Positions 17,242 through 26,748 are shown, numbered from the stretch's first letter. The stretch is DNA of 31,609 bases from Polyangiaceae bacterium (GCA_046596645.1 JBKJLX010000360.1:1-31609), one strand, 5' to 3'. A program made the numbers and translations. The notes: a model not told the origin generated them from the sequence alone.

Positions 17242-18620
17242 CCCTCGCGCGGGCGACCGGCGAGGCGCTGCGGCGCGAGCTCGTCTCCGCCCGGGTGGTG
17301 GTGGTGGGCCTCGGCGCCAGCGGCAGCGCGGCCGCACGACTCTGTCGCCGCCTCGGCGCGAAGGTGACCGGGACCGACGCCGCGCCGCGCGCTGGCCTCG
17401 GGCAGGCGGCCGACGCGCTGGAGGCGCTCGGCGTTGGCCTCGCGCTGGGCGGGCATGACGGGGCGGGGCTCGAGGCCGCCGATCTGATCGTGATCTCGCC
17501 GGGGGTGCCGTCATTCCCGGCGCTCGCCGCGGCCGAGGCCCGCGGCGTCCCGGTGATCGGGGAGATCGAGCTGGCGACGCGGCTCCTCCCCGATGTGCCG
17601 GTGGTGGCGATCACCGGATCGAATGGAAAGAGCACGACCACCACCCTGGTCGGCAAGCTGCTGGCCGCCGCCGGCAAGCGCCCCTTCGTCGGGGGCAACC
17701 TGGGCGATCCGCCCGCCGCCATCGTGCCCGGCCCGGGCGAGGCGGGGCCGCCACACGACGTGCTGGTCCTCGAAGTCTCGAGCTTCCAGGCGGAGCGGGT
17801 GCCGATGCTGCGACCGCGCGCCGCGGCGCTGCTCAACCTGAGCGCCAACCACCTCGATCGTTACGACGGCTACCAGGCGTACGCCGACGCCAAGGGCAAC
17901 CTGTTCGTGAATCAGGACGGGGAGGACATCGCCGTCATCCCCACCGACGATCCCGACTGCGAGCGCCAGGCGCGGCGCGGTCACGGCCGCATCGTGCGCT
18001 TCGGACCGCTGGTGGGCGACGTGACCTTCGACCGCGATCGCATCCTCGATCTCGCGCGCGGCGGGTCCTTCGATCGCAGCACCATCCGCCTCGCCGGGGA
18101 CCACAACGCGATGAACGTATGCGCGGCGCTGGCCCTGGTCGCGCCGTGGGTCTCGGATGGCGAGGTGGTGGCGAGGGTGCTGGCGACGTTCCAGGGCCTG
18201 CCCCACCGCCTGGCGTTCGTGCGCGAGATCGGCGGGGTTCGCTTCTACGACGACTCCAAGGGCACCAGCGTCGGCGCCGCGGTCGCAGCGACCCGCGGCC
18301 TGCACGAGGAGAAGATCGTCCTGGTCGCAGGCGGTCGCGACAAGATGGGCTCCTACGAGCCGCTCGCCGCCGCCCTGCGCGAGCGCGGCCGCGGCGCGGT
18401 GCTGATCGGCGAGGCCGCGGACCGCATCGCGTCGGCGCTCGAGGGCGTGGTGCCCGTCGCCCGCGCCGCCTCGATGGAGGAGGCCGTCGCCGCCGCACGC
18501 AGGCTGGCCACCGCCGGCGACGCGGTGCTGCTCTCGCCGACGTGCTCCAGCTTCGACATGTTCCGCGACTACAAGCACCGCGGCGACGCCTTCGTGGACG
18601 CTGTCACCGCTCTCGCGTGA
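17238..18620 (+). CDS. murD: UDP-N-acetylmuramoylalanine--D-glutamate ligase (MurD).
   Basis: Frame of track ORF 17103..18620 (+). The start is the GTG at 17238, overlapping the murF TGA (GTGA). The translation reads ...VVVVGLGASGSAAARL...VAITGSNGKSTTTTLVGKLL...LNLSANHLDRY...GGRDKMGSYEPL..., a typical MurD. Confidence 0.9.
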   Translation: MTLARATGEALRRELVSARVVVVGLGASGSAAARLCRRLGAKVTGTDAAPRAGLGQAADALEALGVGLALGGHDGAGLEAADLIVISPGVPSFPALAAAEARGVPVIGEIELATRLLPDVPVVAITGSNGKSTTTTLVGKLLAAAGKRPFVGGNLGDPPAAIVPGPGEAGPPHDVLVLEVSSFQAERVPMLRPRAAALLNLSANHLDRYDGYQAYADAKGNLFVNQDGEDIAVIPTDDPDCERQARRGHGRIVRFGPLVGDVTFDRDRILDLARGGSFDRSTIRLAGDHNAMNVCAALALVAPWVSDGEVVARVLATFQGLPHRLAFVREIGGVRFYDDSKGTSVGAAVAATRGLHEEKIVLVAGGRDKMGSYEPLAAALRERGRGAVLIGEAADRIASALEGVVPVARAASMEEAVAAARRLATAGDAVLLSPTCSSFDMFRDYKHRGDAFVDAVTALA

Positions 18621-18638
18621 GCCACTCCCTTCCCCGGG

Positions 18639-19850
18639 TCAGGGGTTCCAGGGATCGGCGAGGCGGGGATCGGAGAGGAAGGCCTCGTCGGTGAGGGCGT
18701 GGAGGAACGAGAGGAGGTCCTCGCGCTCGCCGGGCTCCAGCGTGAAGCCGTGGAGCAGCTCGCTCTTGTACGGGTTGTCGCGGCCGTCGCCGGCGTCGGG
18801 GCCGCTCGCGATCAGGCGGCCGCCGCGGGCATAGTGGTCGATGACGTCGTCCAGCGTCTCCACGCTGCCGTCGTGCATGTAGGGCGCGGTGACGGCGATG
18901 TTGCGCAGCGTCGGCGCGCGGAACTTCCCGCGGTCGTCCTCGCGGCCGGTCGCCGCCTCCAGGCCAGGGCTGGGCTCGGGGTACGCGCCGCTGCCCACGT
19001 CGTAGAGGCCTGTGTTGTGGAACTGGAGCACGACGTCGCCGCTCGTCGCGTCGATGAACGCGTCGGTCGTTGCCCACCCCGCGTGGCAACGCGCGCAGGA
19101 CAGGCGATCGGACGCGAAGAGCGCCAGGCCGCGCTGCGCCGGGGCGTCGAGGGCGGCCTCGTCCCCGGCGCGGAAGCGATCCCACGGCGCGTCGGTGGAG
19201 ACGAGCGTCCGCTCGAAGGAGGCGAGGGCCTGCACCACGTGGAGCACGGTGACCGCCGCGTCCTCACCAGGGAACGCGTCGTCGAAGAGGCCCTGGTAGA
19301 TGGGCTCGGCGGCGAGGCGCGCCTCGAGCTCGCGCTCGCGCCCGCTCCAGCCCAGCTCCTCGGGGTCGCTGCCGAACAGCGGCACGATCACGTGCGACTC
19401 GAGCCGCACCAGCACGGGGTTCGCCCAGCCCAGCGACGCCGCCCACGCGACGTTGGCGAGCGACGGCGCGCTCCGCGGGTGTTCCTCGCCGCTCGCCAGG
19501 AGGGCGCGCGCGCGCCCGTCGGAGAAGGCGAGCGCGGGGCGGTGACAGCACGCGCAGGACTGGGTCTCGCCGTGGGACAGGCGAGGGTCGAAGAAGAGAT
19601 GCCGCCCGAGCTCGACCTTGGCCGCCGACATCGGATCATCGACGGGGACGATCGGCGGGGGGACGTCGGGCGGGAGATCCCAGACCCAGATCTCCCCGCT
19701 GCCCCCGGACCCGCCGCTGCCCGGCGCACCACCGGAGCCGGCGTCCGCCCCCTCGCCCCTGCACGCGCCCGCGAGGGCGGACGCGACAAGCACCGCCACC
19801 GCGCGGACCTTGTCGGCACCGTCACGTGCGGTCACGGAGCAAGGAGTCAC
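18639..19850 (-). CDS. Di-heme cytochrome c peroxidase, CCP/MauG/MbnH family. Periplasmic, with a signal peptide.
   Basis: C-terminal ~400 aa of track ORF 18639..20813 (-). There are two CxxCH motifs (ETQSCACCHRPA and RLSCARCHAGW) and PTLRNIAVTAPYMHDGS. The N-terminus reads (M)TPCSVTARDGADKVRAVAVLVASALAGAC, a signal/lipobox-like peptide. The start is a GTG overlapping the upstream gene's TGA. Confidence 0.85.
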   Translation of the reverse strand: MTPCSVTARDGADKVRAVAVLVASALAGACRGEGADAGSGGAPGSGGSGGSGEIWVWDLPPDVPPPIVPVDDPMSAAKVELGRHLFFDPRLSHGETQSCACCHRPALAFSDGRARALLASGEEHPRSAPSLANVAWAASLGWANPVLVRLESHVIVPLFGSDPEELGWSGRERELEARLAAEPIYQGLFDDAFPGEDAAVTVLHVVQALASFERTLVSTDAPWDRFRAGDEAALDAPAQRGLALFASDRLSCARCHAGWATTDAFIDATSGDVVLQFHNTGLYDVGSGAYPEPSPGLEAATGREDDRGKFRAPTLRNIAVTAPYMHDGSVETLDDVIDHYARGGRLIASGPDAGDGRDNPYKSELLHGFTLEPGEREDLLSFLHALTDEAFLSDPRLADPWNP

Positions 19851-20782
19851 GGCTTCTCGACGCGGAAGAGCGTCTGCGTCCCGGGGCTGGGCGCGCCCGA
19901 CACCGGGTCCACCCCCAGGGCGCCGATCATCCGCTGACACGCGACGTCGTCGGAGCCGGCGTGGCAGCTCGAGCCGCCGACCACGTCCGTCCCCTGGAGG
20001 AGCGCGGCCAGGTCGACGACGACCACGTCGGTCGCGGCGTCGAAGGCAGGGAGCACGATCTCTCCGCGGTTGGGCTGGGCGCAGCTCACCACCTCGCCCA
20101 TGCGCGGGTCGCCCTCGCACCCGGTGCTGGCGAGCTGGACCGAGAAGACCCTGGGGGAGCCGTCGCCGTCGTCGACGCTGGTGGACGCGCTGAGGAAGAT
20201 GCGGCCATCCCCCCAGCCCCAGAACAGGGCGGTCAGATCGAGCGGGGGGGGCGCGCCGGTGATGTCGATGTGGTTCTGCTCGAAGGGAACGCCGACGCGA
20301 AAGGCCAGCCCGGAGAGCTGCCCGGTGTAGGAGCCGCGCTCGGCCACGCCGGTGATGACGGCGTGGCGCTCCGGGGTGCCCCGCTCGCAGTTCGCGGTGC
20401 CGTCCTCGAAGTCGAGGAGGGCCAGCGTCTCCAGCTGCGTCGCGCCGTCCTGATCCAGCGTGACCGGGACCTGCGTGCCGTCCTCGGCGATGAGGCGCAG
20501 GTCGTGAACGTAGATGCGCAGGTCGCGGATGCCGGCGTTGGACCCAGGCACCCCGAGGTCTGGGTATCGGGAAACGCAGTCCACGGGCGCGGCGCCCACC
20601 CGGGCTTCGAAGCGGACCGCGACGCGACCCTCGCCGGTCGGGGGGCCGAGCTCGTCGAGGAGCGCGCCCGCCCCGCCGCCGGCCGCGTCGGACCCGCCGC
20701 CGTCGCACCCGGCGAGCGGCGCGACCACGCCGCCCAGGGCGCATGTGAGGGCGATGGGAATGGCGCTGGAACCGGACCGCAT
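19847..20782 (-). CDS. Periplasmic lipoprotein of about 311 aa, translationally coupled upstream of the di-heme peroxidase. Possibly the MbnP-like partner.
   Basis: C-terminal part of track ORF 19847..22852 (-), starting at the ATG complementary to 20782-20780. The translation reads MRSGSSAIPIALTCALGGVVAPLAGCDGGG (lipobox LAGC) ...RYPDLGVPGSNAGIRDLRIYVHDLRLIAEDGTQVPVTLDQDG...LFWGWGDGRIFL.... The stop overlaps the CCP start (GTGA). The rest of the 1001-aa track ORF is antisense shadow of the antiporter gene. Confidence 0.6.
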   Translation of the reverse strand: MRSGSSAIPIALTCALGGVVAPLAGCDGGGSDAAGGGAGALLDELGPPTGEGRVAVRFEARVGAAPVDCVSRYPDLGVPGSNAGIRDLRIYVHDLRLIAEDGTQVPVTLDQDGATQLETLALLDFEDGTANCERGTPERHAVITGVAERGSYTGQLSGLAFRVGVPFEQNHIDITGAPPPLDLTALFWGWGDGRIFLSASTSVDDGDGSPRVFSVQLASTGCEGDPRMGEVVSCAQPNRGEIVLPAFDAATDVVVVDLAALLQGTDVVGGSSCHAGSDDVACQRMIGALGVDPVSGAPSPGTQTLFRVEKP

Positions 20783-20863
20783 GCGCCTCTCGTACCCCGG
20801 CCGGGCCACCCATACAAATGTCACTCCGCCTCCACGCGCCTTCGGTGGGTAAGGTTCCGCGCG

Positions 20864-22876
20864 ATGGTCCACGTCCCGCTCCTCGACGAGCTTGCCCTGG
20901 TGGCGGCCCTCGCGGTGCTGGTCACCATCCTCCTCGCCCGGCTGCGGCTGCCGACGGTGGCCGGGCTCCTCCTCGCGGGCGCCCTCGCTGGCCCCTTCGG
21001 GCTCGGCCTGGTCCGCTCGGTCGAAGCGATCGAGGTCCTGGCCGAGGTCGGCGTGGTCCTCCTCCTCTTCACCATCGGCCTGGAGTTCTCGCTCTCTCGC
21101 CTGCGCGACGTGTTCGCGCAGGTCGCGGTGGGCGGTCTGCTCCAGGTGGGGCTCACCACCGCCGCCGTCGCCGGGATCGCCGCCGCCCTCGGGTCGACGC
21201 CGGGCACGAGCCTCTTCTATGGCTTCGTGTTCGCGCTCTCCAGCACCGCCATCGTTCTGCGCGGGCTGACCGAGCGGCGTGAGCTCGACGCGCCGCACGG
21301 CCGCTTCATCGTCGGGACGCTGATCTTCCAGGACCTTTGCGTGGTCCCCATGGTGCTGATCGTCCCGCTCCTGGGCAGCGCCGCCGGCAGCGGAGGGGAC
21401 GCGCTCACGATGTTCGGCCTGGCGATGGCCAAGGCGGTGGGGGTCGTCGTCGCCACCATCGCCATCGCGCGCGTCGTGGTGCCCCGGGTCTTCGCCTGGG
21501 TGGACGCGAGCCGCAGCCGGGAGGTGTTTCTCCTCGCGGTGCTCGCCCTCTGCATCGGGACGGCGTGGCTCACCTCGCTGGCCGGGCTGTCGCTCGCCCT
21601 GGGAGCGTTCCTGGGCGGGCTGGTGGCCGCCGACACCGAGTACGGCCACCGCGCCCTGGGCGACGTCCTCCCCCTGCGCGACGCGTTCGTGAGCGTCTTC
21701 TTCATCTCGCTCGGCATGCTCTTCGACGTCGAGGTGGTGGCGGCGCAGCCAGTCGCCGTCGCCGTCCTCTTCCTCGGCTTCCTCGTGTTCAAGGGCCTCC
21801 TGGCGACGATCGCGGCCCTCGCCATGCGCTTCCCGGCGCGCGTCGCTTGGCTGGCCGGCGTTGGGCTCGCGCAGTTCGGCGAGTTCGGCTTCGTCCTCGC
21901 CAAGCTGGGGCTGAGCGCGGGGGTCGTCACCCCCGAGGCGCTGCGGCCACTGCTGGCGGCCGGCGTCGCCAGCATGTTCGTGACGCCCATCCTGGTCCGC
22001 ATGGCGCCCCACGTGACCGCCGGCGAGCGACTGCTCGCGCCCCTGGAGAAGCTCATCGGCGTCCGCAGCATCGACGAGGCGGACGCCGAGGAGGCGCTCG
22101 CCGAGCACGTCGTCGTCGTCGGCTACGGCCTCGGCGGGCGCATCGCGACCGGAGCGCTGGCGGCGGTCGGCGCCCGCTTCGTCGTCCTCGAGCTCAACGC
22201 AGAGACGGTGCGCGGCGCCAGGAAGGCAGGCCTCCCCGTGTTCTACGGCGACGCGACGTCCGCCGAGGCACTCGAGCACGCGTGCCTGGGCACGGCGCGG
22301 GCGCTGGTGCTCCTGATGAACGATCCCATGGCGACCCAGCGCGTCGTCGCCACCGCGCGCCGCATCGCGCCCACCGTCCCGGTGCTGGTGAGGACGCACT
22401 ACCTCGCCGAGAACGCGCGGCTCGCCGAGCTCGGCGCCGGCGACGTCGTCGCCGAGGAGGTCGAGGGCGCCATCGAGGTGGTGGCGCGCTTGCTGCGCAG
22501 CCTGGAGGTCCCGCGGAACGCGATCGACGAGCAGCTGCACCGCGTCCGCGACACCACCGGGGGCAGCTATCGCGCGCTCACCGTGCCGCGCGCGTCGCTC
22601 GGCGATCAGCGCGCGCTCGACGACCTCAAGGTCGAGAGCGTGGTCCTGACCGAGGACGCGCAGGGCGTCGGTCGCTCGGCGGTCGCGCTGCGACTGCAGA
22701 GCACGACGGGCGCGCTGGTCGTGGCGGTGCGGCGCGGCGATCGGCTGCTCCAGCACCCCGATCCCACCGAGCCCTTCGAGGTCGGCGACGTCATCTACCT
22801 GGTGGGCACGCTGGACGCGGTCGGCCGCGCCGTGGCCGCCCTGGTCGCGCACTCCGCACCCGAGGTGGAGTCGTGA
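20864..22876 (+). CDS. Monovalent cation:proton antiporter-2 (CPA2, KefB/KefC-like) with C-terminal RCK/TrkA-N and TrkA-C domains.
   Basis: Frame of track ORF 19826..22876 (+). The start is the ATG at 20864 (MVHVPLLDELALVAALAVLVTILLARLRLPTVAGLLLAGALAGPFGLG...). The TM region has about 12 helices. The RCK part reads ...HVVVVGYGLGGRIATGALAAVGARFVVLELNAETV...VFYGDATSAEALEHA.... Confidence 0.85.
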   Translation: MVHVPLLDELALVAALAVLVTILLARLRLPTVAGLLLAGALAGPFGLGLVRSVEAIEVLAEVGVVLLLFTIGLEFSLSRLRDVFAQVAVGGLLQVGLTTAAVAGIAAALGSTPGTSLFYGFVFALSSTAIVLRGLTERRELDAPHGRFIVGTLIFQDLCVVPMVLIVPLLGSAAGSGGDALTMFGLAMAKAVGVVVATIAIARVVVPRVFAWVDASRSREVFLLAVLALCIGTAWLTSLAGLSLALGAFLGGLVAADTEYGHRALGDVLPLRDAFVSVFFISLGMLFDVEVVAAQPVAVAVLFLGFLVFKGLLATIAALAMRFPARVAWLAGVGLAQFGEFGFVLAKLGLSAGVVTPEALRPLLAAGVASMFVTPILVRMAPHVTAGERLLAPLEKLIGVRSIDEADAEEALAEHVVVVGYGLGGRIATGALAAVGARFVVLELNAETVRGARKAGLPVFYGDATSAEALEHACLGTARALVLLMNDPMATQRVVATARRIAPTVPVLVRTHYLAENARLAELGAGDVVAEEVEGAIEVVARLLRSLEVPRNAIDEQLHRVRDTTGGSYRALTVPRASLGDQRALDDLKVESVVLTEDAQGVGRSAVALRLQSTTGALVVAVRRGDRLLQHPDPTEPFEVGDVIYLVGTLDAVGRAVAALVAHSAPEVES

Positions 22877-22885
22877 ACCCGATCG

Positions 22886-24193
22886 TCACCGCCGCGCGCC
22901 GAGGACGCGCGCGAGAAAGGCGTTCTCCATCGTCGCCCGCGGATCGAGCTTCTCGGCGAGCGCGCGGAAGTCGGCGAAGCGCGGGAAGGCCGCGGCGACC
23001 TGCTCGCGACCCCAGGAGAGCTCCTTGCCCCAGTGCGGGCGGGCGCCCAGCGCGGCGGCGATGGTCTCGGCGCCGCCGAACCACGGCGCGAGATCCTGGC
23101 TCTCCGCCTGGTAAACGCCGATCTGGCAGGTGTCGCGGCCATGGGCCGGGCTCATCCACGCCGCGTCGCCGCGCACGAAGCGGATCTCGCAGGGGAAGTT
23201 GATCCGCAGGCGATCGCGCCGCACCAGCGTCGCCAGCGCCTCCAGCGCCGCCGGCGCGTCGTCGAGCGCGAAGGCCCACTCCGCCTCGCGATGGGCGGGG
23301 GGCATCGCCAGGTTGAAGGCGCGATCGGAGCGGGCGACGCGTCGCGCCGCTCCGAGGTAAGTCGCGGCGACGGCGGCGTTGATCCAGTGCGTGGTGCGAG
23401 GCGCGGCCCCCGCCAGGCGGAGGGCGGCGTCGAACAGCCGCTTGTTCACCACCTCCTCGTCGAGCCAGCGGGCCAGTCGATCGTCCCCCGGCGCCTCGGT
23501 GGTGCGGTCGTAGCGGAAGACGACGGCGCGCCCGGTGGTGGGCAGCCACCAGATCTTCACGAACTCGGCGCTGCGCGCGATCGCCTCCAGCTCTCGCGTC
23601 ACCTGGGCGAAGGGTATCGCCTCGCGCAGCTCGCACAGGCCGAACGCGGGGACGGCGCGCAGGGTGACCGCCGACACCACCCCCAGCGCCCCGAGGTGCA
23701 CGCGCGCCGCCTCCAGGCGCGGGTCGCCCGGGCCGATCTCCAGCACGCTTCCGTCCGCCGTCACCAGGCGGAGGCCGAGGACCAGCGTCGACAGGTTGCC
23801 ATGGACCAGGCTCGACCCGTGGGTGGCGGTGGCGATGGCCCCGGCGACCGTCTGCTGGGCGATCGATCCCAGGATGGGGAGCGCCAGACCGCGCGCGCCG
23901 AGGACGTCGGTCACGTGCTCCAGCCGCGTCCCGGCGCCCACGGTGATCGAGGCCGGCGCGTCGTCGTCCCCGGCGTGCACGGCGAGGACGCCGTCGAGCC
24001 CCGAGGTGTCGACGGCGACGTCCTCGGGGACCGCGATGGCGGACCACGAGTGACCGGAGCCGACCGCCTTGACCCTGCGCCCCGCACCGTCGGCGCGCGC
24101 GAGGATCTCGCAAAGCGCCGACTCCGAGCGCGGCGTCTCCCACGCGCGCGGCACCGCGTGATGAAGCCCGGACCAGTTGCGGAACGCGCGCAC
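22886..24193 (-). CDS. FAD-linked oxidase of the D-arabinono/L-gulono-1,4-lactone oxidase type: an FAD_binding_4 domain plus an ALO domain.
   Basis: Track ORF 22886..24193 (-). The translation reads ...VKAVGSGHSWSAIAV...ATATHGSSLVHG...ARPHWGKELSW.... The start is a GTG at 24193. Confidence 0.8.
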   Translation of the reverse strand: MRAFRNWSGLHHAVPRAWETPRSESALCEILARADGAGRRVKAVGSGHSWSAIAVPEDVAVDTSGLDGVLAVHAGDDDAPASITVGAGTRLEHVTDVLGARGLALPILGSIAQQTVAGAIATATHGSSLVHGNLSTLVLGLRLVTADGSVLEIGPGDPRLEAARVHLGALGVVSAVTLRAVPAFGLCELREAIPFAQVTRELEAIARSAEFVKIWWLPTTGRAVVFRYDRTTEAPGDDRLARWLDEEVVNKRLFDAALRLAGAAPRTTHWINAAVAATYLGAARRVARSDRAFNLAMPPAHREAEWAFALDDAPAALEALATLVRRDRLRINFPCEIRFVRGDAAWMSPAHGRDTCQIGVYQAESQDLAPWFGGAETIAAALGARPHWGKELSWGREQVAAAFPRFADFRALAEKLDPRATMENAFLARVLGARR

Positions 24194-24228
24194 GCCTCGA
24201 CCTCGGGGTGGATGCTACGTTGCCCTCC

Positions 24229-24678
24229 ATGCGCAGCTCCACCTGGGCGCCGATCGCGTGTGCCGCAGCCCTCGCGGCCTGCGGGGGCGCCGAGCTGCCG
24301 CCGGCCGGGTCCGCCGGCCCGCTCGCCGGCTGCGCCCTCACCGAGGAGCCGGGCGTCCGCACCTGGAAGTGCGGCGAGCTGATCGCCCTCGAGCTCGCCG
24401 CCGACGCCGCGACCGACGCCGAGGTGAAGCTGGTCCTGGACGAGTTCGCGAAGGGCTTCGCCGAGGCGAACGTGGCGCGCACCGACCTGGCCTGGTCCCG
24501 TGGCGCCGAGAGTCACCCCTCGGTCCGGCTGGAGGGCACCACCGCGAGCGGGCAGCGGTTCGTGGCGCAGATGATCGTCATCCGCGACGCCGACGGGGCG
24601 CGCGCCGTCCAGTGCGCGTCGCGCAACCCGGTGGCGCCCTGCGAGCCGATCCTGGAGCACCTGGCCGGGATGCGCTGA
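24229..24678 (+). CDS. Small Cys-containing lipoprotein (~149 aa) of unknown function.
   Basis: Frame of track ORF 24208..24678 (+), starting at the ATG at 24229: MRSSTWAPIACAAALAACGG (lipobox LAAC). It contains 6 Cys. No family was recognised. Confidence 0.45.
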   Translation: MRSSTWAPIACAAALAACGGAELPPAGSAGPLAGCALTEEPGVRTWKCGELIALELAADAATDAEVKLVLDEFAKGFAEANVARTDLAWSRGAESHPSVRLEGTTASGQRFVAQMIVIRDADGARAVQCASRNPVAPCEPILEHLAGMR

Positions 24679-24737
24679 GGGCATGCGCTGGACTGGGCGG
24701 TTGCTCCGCCCCCGGCGCTCGGGCAGCGTCGCGTGCG

Positions 24738-26585
24738 ATGAGCGACGCTGCCCCCGCGAAGCGGTCCGGGTTCCTCCCGCCTATCGGCTCGGTCCGCTAC
24801 CACCTGATGCTGGGCGCGGTCGCCATCTTCATCCTGGGCCCGCTGGGCGGGATCACGGCCGCGTACATGAACTTCTCCCTCGGCTTCTTCGTCGGGGGGC
24901 AGGTCCTGGCTGGCATCCTGGGGAGCGTCGTCACCTACGGCTACGGGCCGGAGGGCAAGCACGGCGCGAACTACATGCAGACCATGGCAGCCAGCGTCGC
25001 CTCCATGGGGGCGATGGGCGTCCTCATCCAGGCGATGGTGTGGCTGGGCGTCGACATCCCGCCGACCTGGCAGCTCATCGTCTACTTCCTCTGCATCGGC
25101 ATGTTCGGCGCCGGCATCGGCATGCTCTACACGCCGATGCTCGTCGACCGGATGCAGCTCACGTATCCGTCGGGGCTGGCGGTCGCCAACATCCTCCGAG
25201 CGCTCACCGACAAGCGCCTGCTCAAGCGCAGCGTGGGTCAGCTCGGAGCCGGCACCGGCATCGGCTTCCTGGGCGGCTTCCTCGCCGAGAGGAGCGCGTT
25301 CCTCGCGGCCATCCACTTCTCCGGCTCCTCGCTGGGCGCCGGCATGGTGGTGGGCGCCCGCATCGGCATCCCCGCGATCGTGGTGGGCGTGATGGGCGAG
25401 CTGATGACGCCCTGGCTGCGCGCCGCCGGCCACCTCGGGCCGCAGGACCCGTTCCGCAAGATCGGCTTCATCGTCGCCCTCGGCACCATCATGGGCGCGG
25501 CGCTGGTCGACCTGACGCTGATCTTCCACGCGGCCTACAAGCGGCTCACCCAGGCCAGGACCGAGAAGGTGGAGGAGGACCCGCAGCAGATGCGGCCCCG
25601 CAGGCTCTTCGCCTGGATCGCGTTCTGGGGCGTGGCGGTCGTCACCTCGGCCGTCGTGATCATGAAGATTCCCCTATTCTTCGCGATCCTCGCGGTCGGC
25701 CTCGTCTTCCTGTTCGTCATGGTCAACGGGATCTCGATGGGGATCAGCGACTCGAACCCGATCTCCTCGGCGTTCGTGGTCAGCATCCTGGTCATGGCGG
25801 GCTTCGGGCTGCGCGAGCCGGCGGTCGGCATCCTCGCCGGCGCCATCCTCCTGGTCGCGGTGAGCGTGGGCTGCGACATGCAGCAGGACCGGTCGACCGG
25901 CTGGCGCCTCGGCTCCAACCGCATCATCCAGTTTCGGTACCAGGTCATCGGCGTGACGATGGGCGCCGTGTGCGCGGTCGTCATCACCAAGCTGTTCATG
26001 ACCGCGTACCCGGTGCTGGCCGTCGACACGTTCGCCGACCCCACCGCACGCGTCGACCAGTGGCAGAGCGCCATGACCTACAAGTTCGTCGGCGCCCTGC
26101 GCGGCATCACCGAGCCCGGCGGCGGCAAGACGAACCTGCTCTTCCTGGGCGTCGGCGTCGGCCTCTGCATGGAGGTCATCCGCAAGTTCCTGCGCGCCAG
26201 CGCCCGCTGGAAGCGCTTCAAGGAGAGCGGTCCGCGCGGCCGGGTGATCGAGTTCGTCGTCGATTCGGTGATCGTCCCCAGCCCCTACGCGTCGAGCTTC
26301 GGCGGCTTCGTCGACCTCGCCACCAGCCTCTGGTTCGGCGGCGGCGGCATCCTCTCCTCGGTCTGGAACGAGATCGGGGAGCGTCGGTCGGCGGCGAACA
26401 AGGCCGCGAATGCGGCCGCGGCCGTGCCTTCGGGCGAGCTGGTCGACCCCGCTGCCAAGATGGCCGAAGAGGAGCTGCCGGAGGACATGAGCACCACCTC
26501 GCTCCTCGGTGGCGGCCTCATCGCCGGCGAGTCCCTCGCCGCGCTGGCCCTCGGCATCATCGGGCTCCTCACGCTCCTCAGGTGA
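24738..26585 (+). CDS. OPT-family oligopeptide transporter-like polytopic membrane protein (~615 aa, about 16 TM helices).
   Basis: Frame of track ORF 24177..26585 (+), starting at the ATG at 24738 (MSDAAPAKRSGFLPPIGSVRYHLMLGAVAIFILG...). Hydrophobic segments run throughout. The ...NFSLGFFVGGQVLAGILGSVVTYGYG...NYMQTMA... pattern is typical of OPT transporters, but this is family-level inference only. Confidence 0.7.
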   Translation: MSDAAPAKRSGFLPPIGSVRYHLMLGAVAIFILGPLGGITAAYMNFSLGFFVGGQVLAGILGSVVTYGYGPEGKHGANYMQTMAASVASMGAMGVLIQAMVWLGVDIPPTWQLIVYFLCIGMFGAGIGMLYTPMLVDRMQLTYPSGLAVANILRALTDKRLLKRSVGQLGAGTGIGFLGGFLAERSAFLAAIHFSGSSLGAGMVVGARIGIPAIVVGVMGELMTPWLRAAGHLGPQDPFRKIGFIVALGTIMGAALVDLTLIFHAAYKRLTQARTEKVEEDPQQMRPRRLFAWIAFWGVAVVTSAVVIMKIPLFFAILAVGLVFLFVMVNGISMGISDSNPISSAFVVSILVMAGFGLREPAVGILAGAILLVAVSVGCDMQQDRSTGWRLGSNRIIQFRYQVIGVTMGAVCAVVITKLFMTAYPVLAVDTFADPTARVDQWQSAMTYKFVGALRGITEPGGGKTNLLFLGVGVGLCMEVIRKFLRASARWKRFKESGPRGRVIEFVVDSVIVPSPYASSFGGFVDLATSLWFGGGGILSSVWNEIGERRSAANKAANAAAAVPSGELVDPAAKMAEEELPEDMSTTSLLGGGLIAGESLAALALGIIGLLTLLR

Positions 26586-26748
26586 CCGACCCGCCGCGGC
26601 GGCACGTATTCGGCTGCGCGCCGGGGAGCTCGTAGACCCAGCGCATCAAGGCCACGAAGGGTTGAGCCTACATCTGCCCTCCGCGCCGCGCCCGGGCGGC
26701 GCAGTCTGGTGGCGGAACCACCTCGATCTTGGGCTACCTTGGGCCGAT

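Noticed and set aside
15567-18578. Long minus-strand ORFs antisense to murF and murD: 15567..16853, 15718..17514 and 17511..18578.
   Set aside because: Antisense of clearly identifiable Mur ligases, with Arg/Gly/Pro-rich translations.
18621-18660. Possible hairpin (CCCCGGGTCAGGGG) in the 18-nt gap between the convergent murD and CCP stops.
   Set aside because: The stem is only 4 bp with no U-tract. It is not convincing as a terminator.
20821-23202. The N-terminal 680 aa of the 19847..22852 (-) ORF, and the 621-aa 21337..23202 (+) ORF.
   Set aside because: Only the last ~311 codons of the minus ORF (the lipoprotein) look real. The rest is antisense of the CPA2 antiporter. The plus ORF is Arg/Gly-rich junk overlapping the antiporter and the FAD oxidase.
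22791-26635. The 22791..24482 (-), 23033..24382 (+), 24513..25529 (-) and 24683..26635 (+) ORFs.
   Set aside because: Alternative frames of the FAD oxidase and OPT transporter genes, with low-complexity translations.
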